Shown: in pieces, positions 26,212-35,847 of the stretch
Position numbering within the stretch: position 1 is the first letter of the stretch
Layout of the letters: each line of letters starts with the position of its first letter
Source: Rhodospirillales bacterium
Lineage (GTDB): Bacteria; Pseudomonadota; Alphaproteobacteria; Rhodospirillales; JASLLV01
Reading direction: 5' to 3'
DNA length: 38,408 nucleotides
Assembly: GCA_030746935.1 (NCBI GenBank)
Contig: JASLLV010000003.1
Span: 1-38,408 of the forward strand
Notes under the pieces: model-generated
Databases searched by the model: none
Told to the model about the DNA's origin: nothing
Seen by the model: only the letters and a program-made list of their open reading frames with translations
Program-made: the position numbers and the translations under genes

Positions 26212-28314
26212 TCAATTTTCGGCGGCGGCGGCAGGCGTCAGGATCAGGTTGCCGATCCGGTCGACCACGGCCTTCCAGGCGGGCAGGATCCAAGTGGTGC
26301 TGTCTTCTTGTTCGACGATGGCGGGGCCGCCGATGACGGCGTCGCTTGGGAGCCGGCTTCGCTGAAACACGGGCACGTCCAACGCCGCACCCTCGTGATA
26401 CACCCGGCGGCGATCGACAGGCGGCGGCGTCGGGCCGGCGTCGATCTCGGGCATGGATACGGGCGGCATCCGGCCGGTGACCTGCAGCCGCTCGGTCGTG
26501 ATCTCGGCGTCGCTTTCGATATCGCGAAAGCCGTACAGCTTTTCGTGCGCTTCGTGGAACCGCTCGACGATGGCGGCCACTTCGGGGGCACGGGCCAGCG
26601 CCGGGGGCAGGCTTACGGGCAGCTCGAAGGACTGGCCCTCGTAACGCATCTCGAGCGTGGCTGCGAACTCGGCCTCGCCCAGGATCTCGCCCTCGGCGGC
26701 GAGCCACGCCGCGGCCTCGTCTTCTAAGTCCCGGAAGACTTGGGCGAGCGCCGCCTCGGCTTCCCTACCGTCGCGCATGCGGATGTGGCGGGAGCGCACG
26801 TAGTCGCGCTTGACGTCCGCGAGAATGGCGCCGAGCGCGCAAAAGGTGCTGGACGCCGGCGGTACGATCACGCATTCGATGTCCACCTCGTCGGCGAGCA
26901 GGTTGGCGTGGGTCGGACCGGCGCCGCCGAACGCCATGAGGGTGAAATCGGCCGGATTCTCGCCGCGCCGCGCCGCCCTCTTTTGCAGTTCCGCCGCCAT
27001 CACCGCGCTCGCCACGTCCAGCGCCGCCGCCGCCGCTCCGACCGCCCGGTTCGGCCCTTCCTGAAGCCCGATGCGCATGCCCACTCCGTCCAGCGCCGCG
27101 CGCGCCGCCGCCTCGTCGAGTCGCATGCGCCCGCCGAGGAAGTGATCGGGATGGATGGTGCCGAGAAGCAAATAGCAGTCTGTGAGTGTGGGCTCGGTCC
27201 CGCCGCGCCCGTAACAAACCGGCCCCGGGTCGGCGCCGGCGCTGTGGGGGCCGATCTTTAAAACGCCTTGGGGATCCACCCAGACCACTGAGCCGCCGCC
27301 GGCACCGATGGCGCTGACGTCGAGGACCGGAACCATGAGCGGCAGGTCGCCCACGCGGGCGTCGGTGGTGAAACTGGGCTCGCCCGACTGGACCACGGAG
27401 ACGTCGCAGCTGGTGCCGCCCATATCGACGGTGATCAGGTCGGTCCTGCCCGCCCCTTGCGCGGCGCGCAAAGCGGCCACCACGCCGGACGCCGGGCCCG
27501 ACAGCACGGTATCGACGGGGCGCGCGCGCGCCGTCTCGACGCTGACCGTGCCGCCGTTCGACGCGGTGATATAGATGGGCGCGGTGATACCGGCCGCCTT
27601 CACGCGCGCCATCAGCCGGGTCAGATAGTCGTCCATGATCGGCTGCACGTAGGCGTTCATGATGGCGATCAAGGCGCGCTCGAACTCTCCGAGCTCGGGC
27701 CAGATGGTCGCCGATTCGGTGACCGGGACGCCGTTGAGCCGGCTTCGCAGTCCCTCCGCCACCTCGTGCTCGAGGTCCGGGTACATGTACGAGTTCAAGA
27801 GCTGGACCGCCACCGCCTCGATCCCGCTCAGCTTCACGCTCTCGGCTATCTGAGACAGTTCCGCGTCCGCGACCGGGGTTCGGACCGCGCCGTCGGCGAG
27901 CACCCGGGCCGAGGTCTCGAAAATCTTATCGCGCGGCACCAGGGGCTCCTCTTTTTTGAGCGTGAAGTCCTGGGTGTGGGCCAGGTTGGCACGGCCGATC
28001 TCGAGCACGCTGCGATTGCCGCGCGAGACCACCAGGCCCACCTTGGCGCCGCGGCGCTGGATGATGGCGTTGACCAGCAACGTGGTGCCGTGAACGATCA
28101 AGCCGATGTCTTCGGCGGCAACGCCGGCGCGTTCGATCAACTCCGAAAGCCCCCGTTCGACCGAAAGCGACGGATCGTCCGGCACGCTCGGCACCTTGAA
28201 CCGGGTCAGGGTTCCGGAGGAGGAATCGGAGAGCACGAAATCGGTGAACGTTCCGCCGACGTCGACGCCGACGCGGCAGCGCCCGGCCGGACCTCGCGGT
28301 GACGGGGCCGCCAT
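26212..28314 (-). CDS. Hydantoinase A / oxoprolinase family protein (ATP-binding subunit)
   Basis: 'VDVGGTFTD', 'HGTT', 'SGPASG', 'DMGGTS', 'GAGGGS', 'SAGADPGPVCYG', 'FGGAGP'. Confidence 0.94.
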   Translation of the reverse strand: MAAPSPRGPAGRCRVGVDVGGTFTDFVLSDSSSGTLTRFKVPSVPDDPSLSVERGLSELIERAGVAAEDIGLIVHGTTLLVNAIIQRRGAKVGLVVSRGNRSVLEIGRANLAHTQDFTLKKEEPLVPRDKIFETSARVLADGAVRTPVADAELSQIAESVKLSGIEAVAVQLLNSYMYPDLEHEVAEGLRSRLNGVPVTESATIWPELGEFERALIAIMNAYVQPIMDDYLTRLMARVKAAGITAPIYITASNGGTVSVETARARPVDTVLSGPASGVVAALRAAQGAGRTDLITVDMGGTSCDVSVVQSGEPSFTTDARVGDLPLMVPVLDVSAIGAGGGSVVWVDPQGVLKIGPHSAGADPGPVCYGRGGTEPTLTDCYLLLGTIHPDHFLGGRMRLDEAAARAALDGVGMRIGLQEGPNRAVGAAAAALDVASAVMAAELQKRAARRGENPADFTLMAFGGAGPTHANLLADEVDIECVIVPPASSTFCALGAILADVKRDYVRSRHIRMRDGREAEAALAQVFRDLEDEAAAWLAAEGEILGEAEFAATLEMRYEGQSFELPVSLPPALARAPEVAAIVERFHEAHEKLYGFRDIESDAEITTERLQVTGRMPPVSMPEIDAGPTPPPVDRRRVYHEGAALDVPVFQRSRLPSDAVIGGPAIVEQEDSTTWILPAWKAVVDRIGNLILTPAAAAEN

Positions 28315-28576
28315 TTCCGCCCTCAGCCGTCCATGGCGGCGGCGCGCCGGACCACGCTCGTCGCGCAGACGTGCGCTCGTGCCGCAGTCATTCGGTACCC
28401 TTGAGGCCCATGTAGTCCCCGCTCAATTTTCCCTCGGATCCGCCGCATCACCCGCGATCTTGCCGGATCATGGCTGCGAAGACAACGCGGGCGCCGCCTG
28501 ACCGCGGCAAGGCGTGGCGTTGCAGCGAAGGGCCGGAAGCCCCATAATTCCAGTGCGGCGCTTGGGAGCGGACGCC

Positions 28577-28726
28577 ATGGAACAAGTTCGCAACGACACG
28601 GAAACGAGGCTGGCCGCGCGCCTCCGGCGCGGGCTCGCGTGGCTTTGGTATGAGCTGTGCGATCTCATGCGCAACGACAACGATCCCAAGTCGCGCGCCG
28701 ATTTCAACCACCACTGCGGCGCCTGA
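28577..28726 (+). CDS. Putative 49-aa small protein
   Basis: GGAG SD before the ATG, fills an otherwise empty intergenic gap. MEQVRNDTETRLAARLRRGLAWLWYELCDLMRNDNDPKSRADFNHHCGA. Confidence 0.5.
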   Translation: MEQVRNDTETRLAARLRRGLAWLWYELCDLMRNDNDPKSRADFNHHCGA

Positions 28727-28746
28727 ACGTTCGCCGCCCGCCCCCG

Positions 28747-29553
28747 TCAGCCCGGCGGCTTCGCGGGCCTGTCGCCACCGGGACCCGAGGCGCTTGTGCC
28801 GCCGTCCACCGAAAGCGTGGTGCCGGTGACGTAGGAGGCGTCGTCGGAGGCAAGGAAAAGGACCGCGCTCGCAATCTCGTCCACCGTGGCAAGCCGCTTT
28901 ATGGGGACCGGATCGGCGATCCAAGCCATGCCTTCGTCGTACGGCAGGCCGAGATGGTCGATCTTTTCGTCGGTCATCTCGGTGTAGGTGTCGCCGGGTG
29001 CAATCGCGTTTACCCGGATGTTGTGCGGCGCCAGGTCCAGAGCCATCGCGCGTGTCATCTGCAAGAGCGCCGCCTTGGACGTGCAGTATGAGACCTTGCC
29101 GGGCTCGGTGAACAGGCCCAGGTCCGACGACGTGTTGACGATCACCCCGCCGCCTTGGTCCTTCATCTGGTGCGCGGCCTCGCGCGAAAGGATAAATGGG
29201 GCGCCCAAATTCACCCGCATGGCATCGGCCCAATGGGCATTGCTGGTCTCGAGCGTGCCGTAGCGGTGGTGGATGCCGGCGTTGTTGAAGAGCACGTCGA
29301 GCCGGCCCAGCCGGCGCACCGCCTCGGCGATCAGGGCCTCCGGCGCACCGTCGTCACGAAGATCGCACGCCGCGAATTCGATCGCGCGCCCGGCGGCGCG
29401 CATCTCTTCGGCAAACGCATCGCCGCGCTCGGTGTTGCGGCTGGCGGCCAGCACCCGCGCGCCCTCGTCGGCGAACGCCAACGCCGCCGCCTTGCCAATG
29501 CCGCTGGCGCCGCCTGTAATCAGTACCGCCTTGCCCTCGAACCGCATGCCCAT
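28747..29553 (-). CDS. Short-chain dehydrogenase/reductase (SDR)
   Basis: 'TGGASGIG', 'NNAG', 'YCTSK' (YxxxK), 'IRVNAIAPG', 'VDGG'. Confidence 0.95.
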   Translation of the reverse strand: MGMRFEGKAVLITGGASGIGKAAALAFADEGARVLAASRNTERGDAFAEEMRAAGRAIEFAACDLRDDGAPEALIAEAVRRLGRLDVLFNNAGIHHRYGTLETSNAHWADAMRVNLGAPFILSREAAHQMKDQGGGVIVNTSSDLGLFTEPGKVSYCTSKAALLQMTRAMALDLAPHNIRVNAIAPGDTYTEMTDEKIDHLGLPYDEGMAWIADPVPIKRLATVDEIASAVLFLASDDASYVTGTTLSVDGGTSASGPGGDRPAKPPG

Positions 29554-29723
29554 GCCTCGCTTTCGCTCCTCGGCGGCGGCGCCCTGGCGGAGGCTTCGCC
29601 TTAAAGGTTTTCGAAAATCTTCCCACCGCTCGGCGATCAGGCGCCCATCCGTCGATCGTTCCCCCTATCCCCTCTGCCTCATATCATTCCATTGGGGGAA
29701 TGGGATAACAACGTTTCCATCCA

Positions 29724-31547
29724 CTAGGCGATGACGGCCCGCCGGGCTTGGCGTTTTCGTTCGTGCGGACACAACGAACGCTTGCGCAGGCGGATGTGCC
29801 GAGGCGTGACCTCCACCAATTCGTCGTCCTGGATATAGGCGAGGGTTTGTTCCAACGACATGCGGCGCGCCGGCGTCAGGCGCACCGCCTCGTCGGTGCC
29901 CGACGCTCGGATGTTGGTCAACTGCTTGGCCTTCATGGGGTTGACCTCGAGGTCGTTGGCGCGGCTGTTTTCGCCGATGATCATGCCTTCGTAGACGGCG
30001 ACGCCCGAATCGATGAACATCGCGCCTCTCTCTTCCAGGTTCATCAGCGCATAGGCGACGCTGTTGCCCCCGGCGTTGGAAATCAGCACCCCGGTGCGGC
30101 GCCCGGCAATGGGACCGAGGTGGGGGCCGTAATCCCGGAACATACGGTTCATGACGCCGGTGCCCCGCGTTTCGGTCATGAATTCGCCGTGATAACCGAT
30201 GAGGCCCCGCGAAGGAGCTACGAAACGCAGCCGCACCTTGCCGCCGCTGGACGGGCGCATTTCCTCCATCCGCCCCTTGCGTTTCGAGATCGTCTCGACG
30301 ACGGCGCTGGCAAAATCCTCGTCCACGTCGACCAGCACGTCTTCAAAGGGCTCCAGCAACTTCCCGGTGTCCGGATCCTCGCGGGTCAGCACCCGGGGCC
30401 GGCTGATGGACATCTCGAACCCTTCGCGGCGCAGGGTCTCGATCAGGACACCCAATTGCAACTCGCCGCGGCCCGCCACCTCGAAGCCGTTGCCGTCCTC
30501 GGTCTCCCGCACACGAATGGCGACGTTGCCTTCGGCTTCCGCCAACAGCCGCGTCCGGATGACGCGCGAGGTCACCTTGTTGCCATCGCGCCCGGCCATC
30601 GGGGAATCGTTGATTGAAAACACCATCGCCAAAGTCGGCGGGTCGACCGGCTCGGCGGGGATCGGCACGGTGACGCCAAGCGCACACAGCGTATCGGTGA
30701 CACTCGCCGTCGGGAATCCGGCGATGGAGACGATGTCGCCGGCGTGCGCCGTTGCGACCTCGGTTCGAGTGGGTCCGCGGAAGGCGTGCACCTTGGTGAC
30801 ACGCGCCTGTTCGATCTTACCGCCTTCGCGGTTGAGCGCTTGCATGGTGGCGTTGACGGACAGCGAGCCCGACGCAATGCGCCCCGTCAGCACCCGGCCG
30901 AGGTAAGGATCGCTTTCGAGCGTCGTCACCAACATGCGGAAGGATCCGTCGGCGTCGACATCGGGTGCGGGGACGGAATCCACGATCTTATCGAACAAGC
31001 AAGCGATGTCGTCGTCGCGAACGTCCGCATCCTCGGACGCCCAGCCCTCCTTGGCGGACGCGAACAGGATGGGAAAGTCCAGTTGCTCCTCGTTGGCATC
31101 GAGAATGGCGAACAAATCGAAGACTTCGTCGTGGACCGCATCGGGCCGGGCGTCGGGCTTGTCGAGCTTGTTGACGACGACAATGGGCTTGAGACCGAGG
31201 GCGAAAGCCTTCTGGGTGACGAACTTGGTCTGCGGCATGGGGCCTTCGGAAGCATCGACCAGCAGCAGCACGCCGTCGACCATGCCCAGAATGCGTTCCA
31301 CTTCGCCGCCGAAATCGGCGTGCCCGGGGGTGTCGACGATGTTGATGCGCACGCCCTTCCATTCTACCGACGCACACTTGGAGAGAATGGTGATGCCCCG
31401 TTCGCGCTCCTGGTCGTTGCTGTCCATGACCCTTTCGGCGACCCGCTGGTTCTTGCGGAACAGGCCGCTTTGGTGCAGGAGCGCGTCCACCAGGGTCGTC
31501 TTGCCGTGGTCGACGTGGGCAATGATGGCGATATTGCGGATCTCCAA
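29724..31547 (-). CDS. typA: Translational GTPase TypA/BipA
   Basis: '[18 protein letters not shown]', 'ERGITI', '[14 protein letters not shown]', 'GRGELQL', '[11 protein letters not shown]'. TTG start. Confidence 0.97.
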   Translation of the reverse strand: MEIRNIAIIAHVDHGKTTLVDALLHQSGLFRKNQRVAERVMDSNDQERERGITILSKCASVEWKGVRINIVDTPGHADFGGEVERILGMVDGVLLLVDASEGPMPQTKFVTQKAFALGLKPIVVVNKLDKPDARPDAVHDEVFDLFAILDANEEQLDFPILFASAKEGWASEDADVRDDDIACLFDKIVDSVPAPDVDADGSFRMLVTTLESDPYLGRVLTGRIASGSLSVNATMQALNREGGKIEQARVTKVHAFRGPTRTEVATAHAGDIVSIAGFPTASVTDTLCALGVTVPIPAEPVDPPTLAMVFSINDSPMAGRDGNKVTSRVIRTRLLAEAEGNVAIRVRETEDGNGFEVAGRGELQLGVLIETLRREGFEMSISRPRVLTREDPDTGKLLEPFEDVLVDVDEDFASAVVETISKRKGRMEEMRPSSGGKVRLRFVAPSRGLIGYHGEFMTETRGTGVMNRMFRDYGPHLGPIAGRRTGVLISNAGGNSVAYALMNLEERGAMFIDSGVAVYEGMIIGENSRANDLEVNPMKAKQLTNIRASGTDEAVRLTPARRMSLEQTLAYIQDDELVEVTPRHIRLRKRSLCPHERKRQARRAVIA

Positions 31548-31918
31548 CGTCTCAAATCCTTAATAGAAAAACAAAACTCGCATCCGATTGCCTGGGGCGG
31601 CCCGGGCCCGGCCTTGTTGTAGAAACGGTGCCCGGGTTGGCGAGAAAGGTGCCCGGCCGGGCAGGAACGGTAACTGTGCAGGGAACCAGGCCGGCCGATG
31701 CGACGGTCGGTCGAAGCGGGAGCCGGCCCAGAGGGCGTTTGATATAGACTTCCGGCCGCTCAGGTCAAGGCCGCCCGGGCGCCGCATCTGTATTTCGCCG
31801 GCCGTGTCTTGCAGAGGAATCCCCCGGAAAACGGACCCGATCGCCAAATCCGCCGCCCCCTTTTTGCAAAGCGTGAATGCGGTTCACGCGCGCCCTTGGG
31901 CGTGTTACACGCCTTGCC

Positions 31919-33799
31919 ATGCTTCGCCTCGACCAGATCACCTATCGCATCGGCCCGCGCACCATGTTCGACGGCGCCAGTGCCGCCGTCGATCCCGGGC
32001 ACCGGGTCGGATTTGTCGGGCGCAACGGCACCGGCAAGACGACGCTGCTTGGCATGTTGAACGGCGATACGGAGTCCGATTCCGGCACCATCTCGGTCCC
32101 GTCACGCTGGCGGATCGGCATCACAAACCAAGAAGCGCCCGACGGCCCCGAAAACCTGATCGAAATCGTGCTCGCCGCCGACGAGGAACTCGCCCGGCTC
32201 AACCGCGAAGCCGAAAACGCGACCGATCCGCACCGCATTGCCGAGATCCATGTCCGCCTGCATGACAAGGGGGCAAGCCGCGCCTCGGCCCGGGCCGCGC
32301 GACTGCTTGCCGGGCTCGGCTTCGACGAGGCCGCGCAACAGCGCCCATGCCACAGCTTTTCTGGCGGCTGGCGCATGCGCGTGGCGCTGGCGGCGCTGTT
32401 GTTCACCGAACCCGATCTTCTATTGCTCGACGAGCCAACCAACCATCTCGATCTCGAGGCGACGCTCTGGCTCGAAAACCACTTGCGCCATTATCGGGGC
32501 ACGGTGCTGCTGGTCAGCCATGACCGTGATCTGTTGAACCGGGTGGCCGAAGAAATCTTGCACCTGGAAGGTGGCAAGCTGACCCTTTATTCGGGCAACT
32601 ATGACCGGTTCGAAAAAACCCGGCGCATGCGTCTCGCCCAGAACGAAAAACTGCGCGCCAAACAGGATGCGCAAAAACAGCGAATCATGAAATTCGTCGA
32701 TCGTTTCCGCTACAAGGCGACCAAGTCGAAGCAGGCGCAATCGCGCTTGAAAATGCTGGAAAGGATGGAACCGATCCCCGAACACCGCGACCAAGGCACG
32801 GTCGCCTTCACCTTTCCGGCGCCGAAACCGGCGCTGGCCTCGCCGCTTTGCTCGACCGACGACGTTTCGGTCGGCTACGGCGGCACCGCCGTGATCAAAA
32901 ACCTGTCGCTACGCCTTGACGCCGACGACCGCATCGCCCTGATCGGAGCCAACGGCAACGGCAAGTCCACTTTGATGAAGCTGTTGGCCGGCCGGCTTGC
33001 ACCGATGGCGGGGAAGATCGGCAAGTCAGGCAAGCTGCGCGTCGGATATTTCGCCCAGCATCAGGCCGACGAACTGGATCTGGCGGCAACGCCCCTGATC
33101 GCGATGACGCGCAAACGCCCGCGCGACACCCCAACCCAGGTGCGCGCGCAGTTGGGGCGCTTCGGTTTCGGCCAGGAAAAGGCGGAAACCAAAATCGGCG
33201 ATCTTTCCGGCGGCGAGAAGGCGTGCCTGTTGTTCGCGTTGATGAGCGCCGAGGCGCCACACATCCTGCTGCTGGATGAACCGGTCAACCATCTCGACAT
33301 CGATTCTCGCCAATCGCTCGTCCAGGCGATCAATGCGTTCGAGGGCGCCGTCGTCATCGTCAGCCACGACCCCCACCTGATCACGCTTACCGCCGACCGT
33401 TTCTGGCTGGTCACCGGGGGCGCGGTCACGCCGTTCGAGGGCGACATGGACGACTACCGCGCATTTTTGGCGAGCAGTGGCGGAAACGGCACGAGGGCCG
33501 CGACCGGCGTCACGGGAAACGAAAGGAAGGAACGCCGCCGCGAGGCCGGCGAACAGCGGAAAGCAGTGGCGCATCTGAAACGCGAACTGGCGGATGCCGA
33601 AGCCGAGGTCGATAAACTGGAAACGAAACGAGAGGATCTCATCCGCGCCATCGCGCACCCGACGCTCTATCGCGATCAGGGCAAAAGCGCCCAACTGATC
33701 GCCCAGCAACGGGCGTTGGGACAGGTGGAAAAGGACCTGAGCGCGGCCGAAGATCGCTGGGCGAAGGCCCAGGAACAATGGGACGCGGCCCACGTATGA
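31919..33799 (+). CDS. ABC-F family ATP-binding protein (YheS-like, ribosome-associated)
   Basis: Two ABC domains (GRNGTGKT / FSGGWRMR / DEPTNHLD and GANGNGKS / LSGGEK / DEPVNHLD), linker 'RFRYKATKSKQAQSR', C-terminal coiled coil, no TM segments. Confidence 0.94.
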   Translation: MLRLDQITYRIGPRTMFDGASAAVDPGHRVGFVGRNGTGKTTLLGMLNGDTESDSGTISVPSRWRIGITNQEAPDGPENLIEIVLAADEELARLNREAENATDPHRIAEIHVRLHDKGASRASARAARLLAGLGFDEAAQQRPCHSFSGGWRMRVALAALLFTEPDLLLLDEPTNHLDLEATLWLENHLRHYRGTVLLVSHDRDLLNRVAEEILHLEGGKLTLYSGNYDRFEKTRRMRLAQNEKLRAKQDAQKQRIMKFVDRFRYKATKSKQAQSRLKMLERMEPIPEHRDQGTVAFTFPAPKPALASPLCSTDDVSVGYGGTAVIKNLSLRLDADDRIALIGANGNGKSTLMKLLAGRLAPMAGKIGKSGKLRVGYFAQHQADELDLAATPLIAMTRKRPRDTPTQVRAQLGRFGFGQEKAETKIGDLSGGEKACLLFALMSAEAPHILLLDEPVNHLDIDSRQSLVQAINAFEGAVVIVSHDPHLITLTADRFWLVTGGAVTPFEGDMDDYRAFLASSGGNGTRAATGVTGNERKERRREAGEQRKAVAHLKRELADAEAEVDKLETKREDLIRAIAHPTLYRDQGKSAQLIAQQRALGQVEKDLSAAEDRWAKAQEQWDAAHV

Positions 33800-34731
33800 A
33801 ACCGTGCTTGCCATTGAGCCCCGCTCGGCACCGAGGGCGCGGACGGCGCGCGAGTGCGGATCCTCGGGCGCTCGGCGACAAACCAGGACTGATACTGGGC
33901 GTTTCGGTCACGGCGCCGCTCGCCCTGGTCCTGCTGATCGCCGGCGCGGCCCTCGGCGCCGAGGCCCCGGCCGCCACTGCGCGGGCGCCGGGAGAATCGT
34001 TTCGCGACCGCCCCGTGTGCCCGGTGATGGTGGTCATCCCGGCCAGCAGCTTCCGCATGGGCTCGCCGGCCGACGAAGCGGGCCGGGATGCCACCGAGGG
34101 CCCGGTCCACGAGGTGACCATCGCCAGACCCTTCGCCCTCGGCCGCTACGAGATCACCGTCGCCGAGTGGGACACCTGCGTCGCCGAGGGAGGATGCAGC
34201 GCGCGCCCCCGCAAAGCCTTCCGCCAGTCGGGCAACCATCCCATGTTTAATCTCGCCTGGAGAGAGGTGCGAACCTACGTGCGTTGGCTGAGCGCCAAGA
34301 CCGGAGCCCGCTACCGCCTGCCTTCTGAGGCGGAATGGGAGTTCGCGGCGCGGGCCGGAACGACCACCGCGTACTACTGGGGGAACGACTTCGGCTCGGA
34401 CAACACGTACTGCTGCAACACCGATGGAACCTGGGGCGCCGGCCCAGCGACACTGCCGGTCGGCAGTTACCCCGCCAACCCCTTCGGCCTCTACGACACT
34501 TTGGGTGGCACTTGGGAGTGGACCGAGGATTGCTGGCACGGATCCTACGTGGGCGCGCCTACGGACGGCCGCGCTTGGACCGAGGGTGGCGACTGCCGCC
34601 GGCGGGTCATCCGTGGCGGCGCCTGGAACGCGTTTGCCGAGCACATGCGCGGTGCCTACAGGACCTGGAGCCACACGCGCGGGCGGATTATCACCGACGG
34701 CATGCGGGTCGCCCGGGAACTCGCGTTTTGA
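33796..34731 (+). CDS. FGE-sulfatase/SUMF1-fold (C-type lectin-like) exported protein
   Basis: 'FRDRPVCPVMVVIP', 'RYEIT', 'RLPSEAEWEFAARAG', 'NPFGLYD..G.WEW', 'RGGAW'. Hydrophobic signal segment and ATGA overlap with the ABC-F. Confidence 0.88.
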   Translation: MKPCLPLSPARHRGRGRRASADPRALGDKPGLILGVSVTAPLALVLLIAGAALGAEAPAATARAPGESFRDRPVCPVMVVIPASSFRMGSPADEAGRDATEGPVHEVTIARPFALGRYEITVAEWDTCVAEGGCSARPRKAFRQSGNHPMFNLAWREVRTYVRWLSAKTGARYRLPSEAEWEFAARAGTTTAYYWGNDFGSDNTYCCNTDGTWGAGPATLPVGSYPANPFGLYDTLGGTWEWTEDCWHGSYVGAPTDGRAWTEGGDCRRRVIRGGAWNAFAEHMRGAYRTWSHTRGRIITDGMRVARELAF

Positions 34732-35020
34732 GGGACGGCCGGGTTTATGGGCCTGTTCGCCGTCATGATTGCGAAGCGCGCCCACCATCGACAAGCGCTG
34801 GCTTCAACCGAACGGATGGCTACAATCTTCCTGAGCTGCCACTCAGGCGAGCGGAGTGTCCGGCCCACGTGTCAGCACAAAGCTCGCCGTTATCGTATGG
34901 GCTGATGTCGCACGATATATTCGGGTGGTGGCCGCCGCTGGATACGTACAGAAAGATTTGACGCTTCGGCGAATAGAATCATCGAAGTTCCCCAAAGCGA
35001 ATTGGAAAGACGAACAAGAC

Positions 35021-35224
35021 ATGACCAAAGCTAAGGCCCGCCAGCGGGCAAAGGCAAAAGCGGCGCAAAAAGCCAGAAAGCGAGAAGCCAACGCCGACCA
35101 ACCCGGCCCCCAAACACATCCGGGGCAGTTCGATCCGGGAGCAGGTTCGATCAAAGGCCCGCGCGTGAACGCCAACGTCAGGAGCTTCGCCGAGACGAGG
35201 CGGGGGGCAACGCGGTCGAGATAG
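35021..35224 (+). CDS. Small basic (Lys/Arg/Ala-rich) hypothetical protein, 67 aa
   Basis: MTKAKARQRAKAKAAQKARKREAN...RRGATRSR, with a purine-rich leader before the ATG at 35021. Confidence 0.65.
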   Translation: MTKAKARQRAKAKAAQKARKREANADQPGPQTHPGQFDPGAGSIKGPRVNANVRSFAETRRGATRSR

Positions 35225-35241
35225 GCCGTCCTACTCGATGT

Positions 35242-35264
35242 CCTTCGCAAAAACCTTCGCAAAA
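35242..35264. repeat. Tandem direct repeat CCTTCGCAAAA x2
   Basis: CCTTCGCAAAA-a-CCTTCGCAAAA seen directly. Confidence 0.6.
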
Positions 35265-35574
35265 TCCGTGTTGCGCTGAACGCGCTCATTCGGGGGTCGT
35301 CGGGCACCAGCGTCGATGTCCGGCCATTGGCTAAGAAACGGAAGTCCGAAGCGCGGCAAACGTCGTCCGCTTGAGGGCCCTAATCAGCCCTACGCGAGCA
35401 CAATTTCAATTTGGCAGTGCAATCGGAACCAACGGCACTCCTGCTATGGGCAGCAGGTCATTTCCCGACGCGGACACATTGCATAATTTTCTTGGTTCGT
35501 GTTCCAGTTCACATCGGCCTGTTGGGAAAAATAGGGGAAAGCCGATCTGATTGGCGCGTTAAGTCCTTGAAAAA

Positions 35575-35650
35575 TGGCGACCCCAACGGGAATCGAACCC
35601 GTGTTGCCACCTTGAAAGGGTGGAGTCCTAGGCCTCTAGACGATGGGGTC
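35575..35650 (-). tRNA. tRNA-Glu (anticodon TTC)
   Basis: GACCCCA...TGGGGTC-G-CCA acceptor stem, anticodon arm CCACC-CT-TTC-AA-GGTGG, T-loop GGTTCGATTCC, 76 nt with encoded CCA. Confidence 0.97.
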
Positions 35651-35670
35651 GCGCGTCTACGAAGGGGCCT

Positions 35671-35699
35671 GATTAGCCTGCCGCGGGCACCGAAATCAA
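35671..35699 (-). promoter_or_regulatory. Putative sigma70-type promoter of tRNA-Glu
   Basis: TTGATT-17 nt-CTAATC about 20 nt upstream of the tRNA. Confidence 0.4.
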
Positions 35700-35847
35700 G
35701 TCTTTGCGCACGGCGCACCCCCGTCTCACGCCTGGGCGTTGCGCGCGATGCCGCGCTCGCGCTTTGCAAGGCGGCGAGCCCGCCCATACAATCGCGCCGC
35801 GGCGAGGCGGCGCGGACCGCCGATCGAATACGAGGAGAAGACGAGGG

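Noticed and set aside
35495-35510. GTTC repeats as a LexA box
   Set aside because: The outer GTTC units are 8 nt apart rather than 7, and no SOS gene is adjacent.
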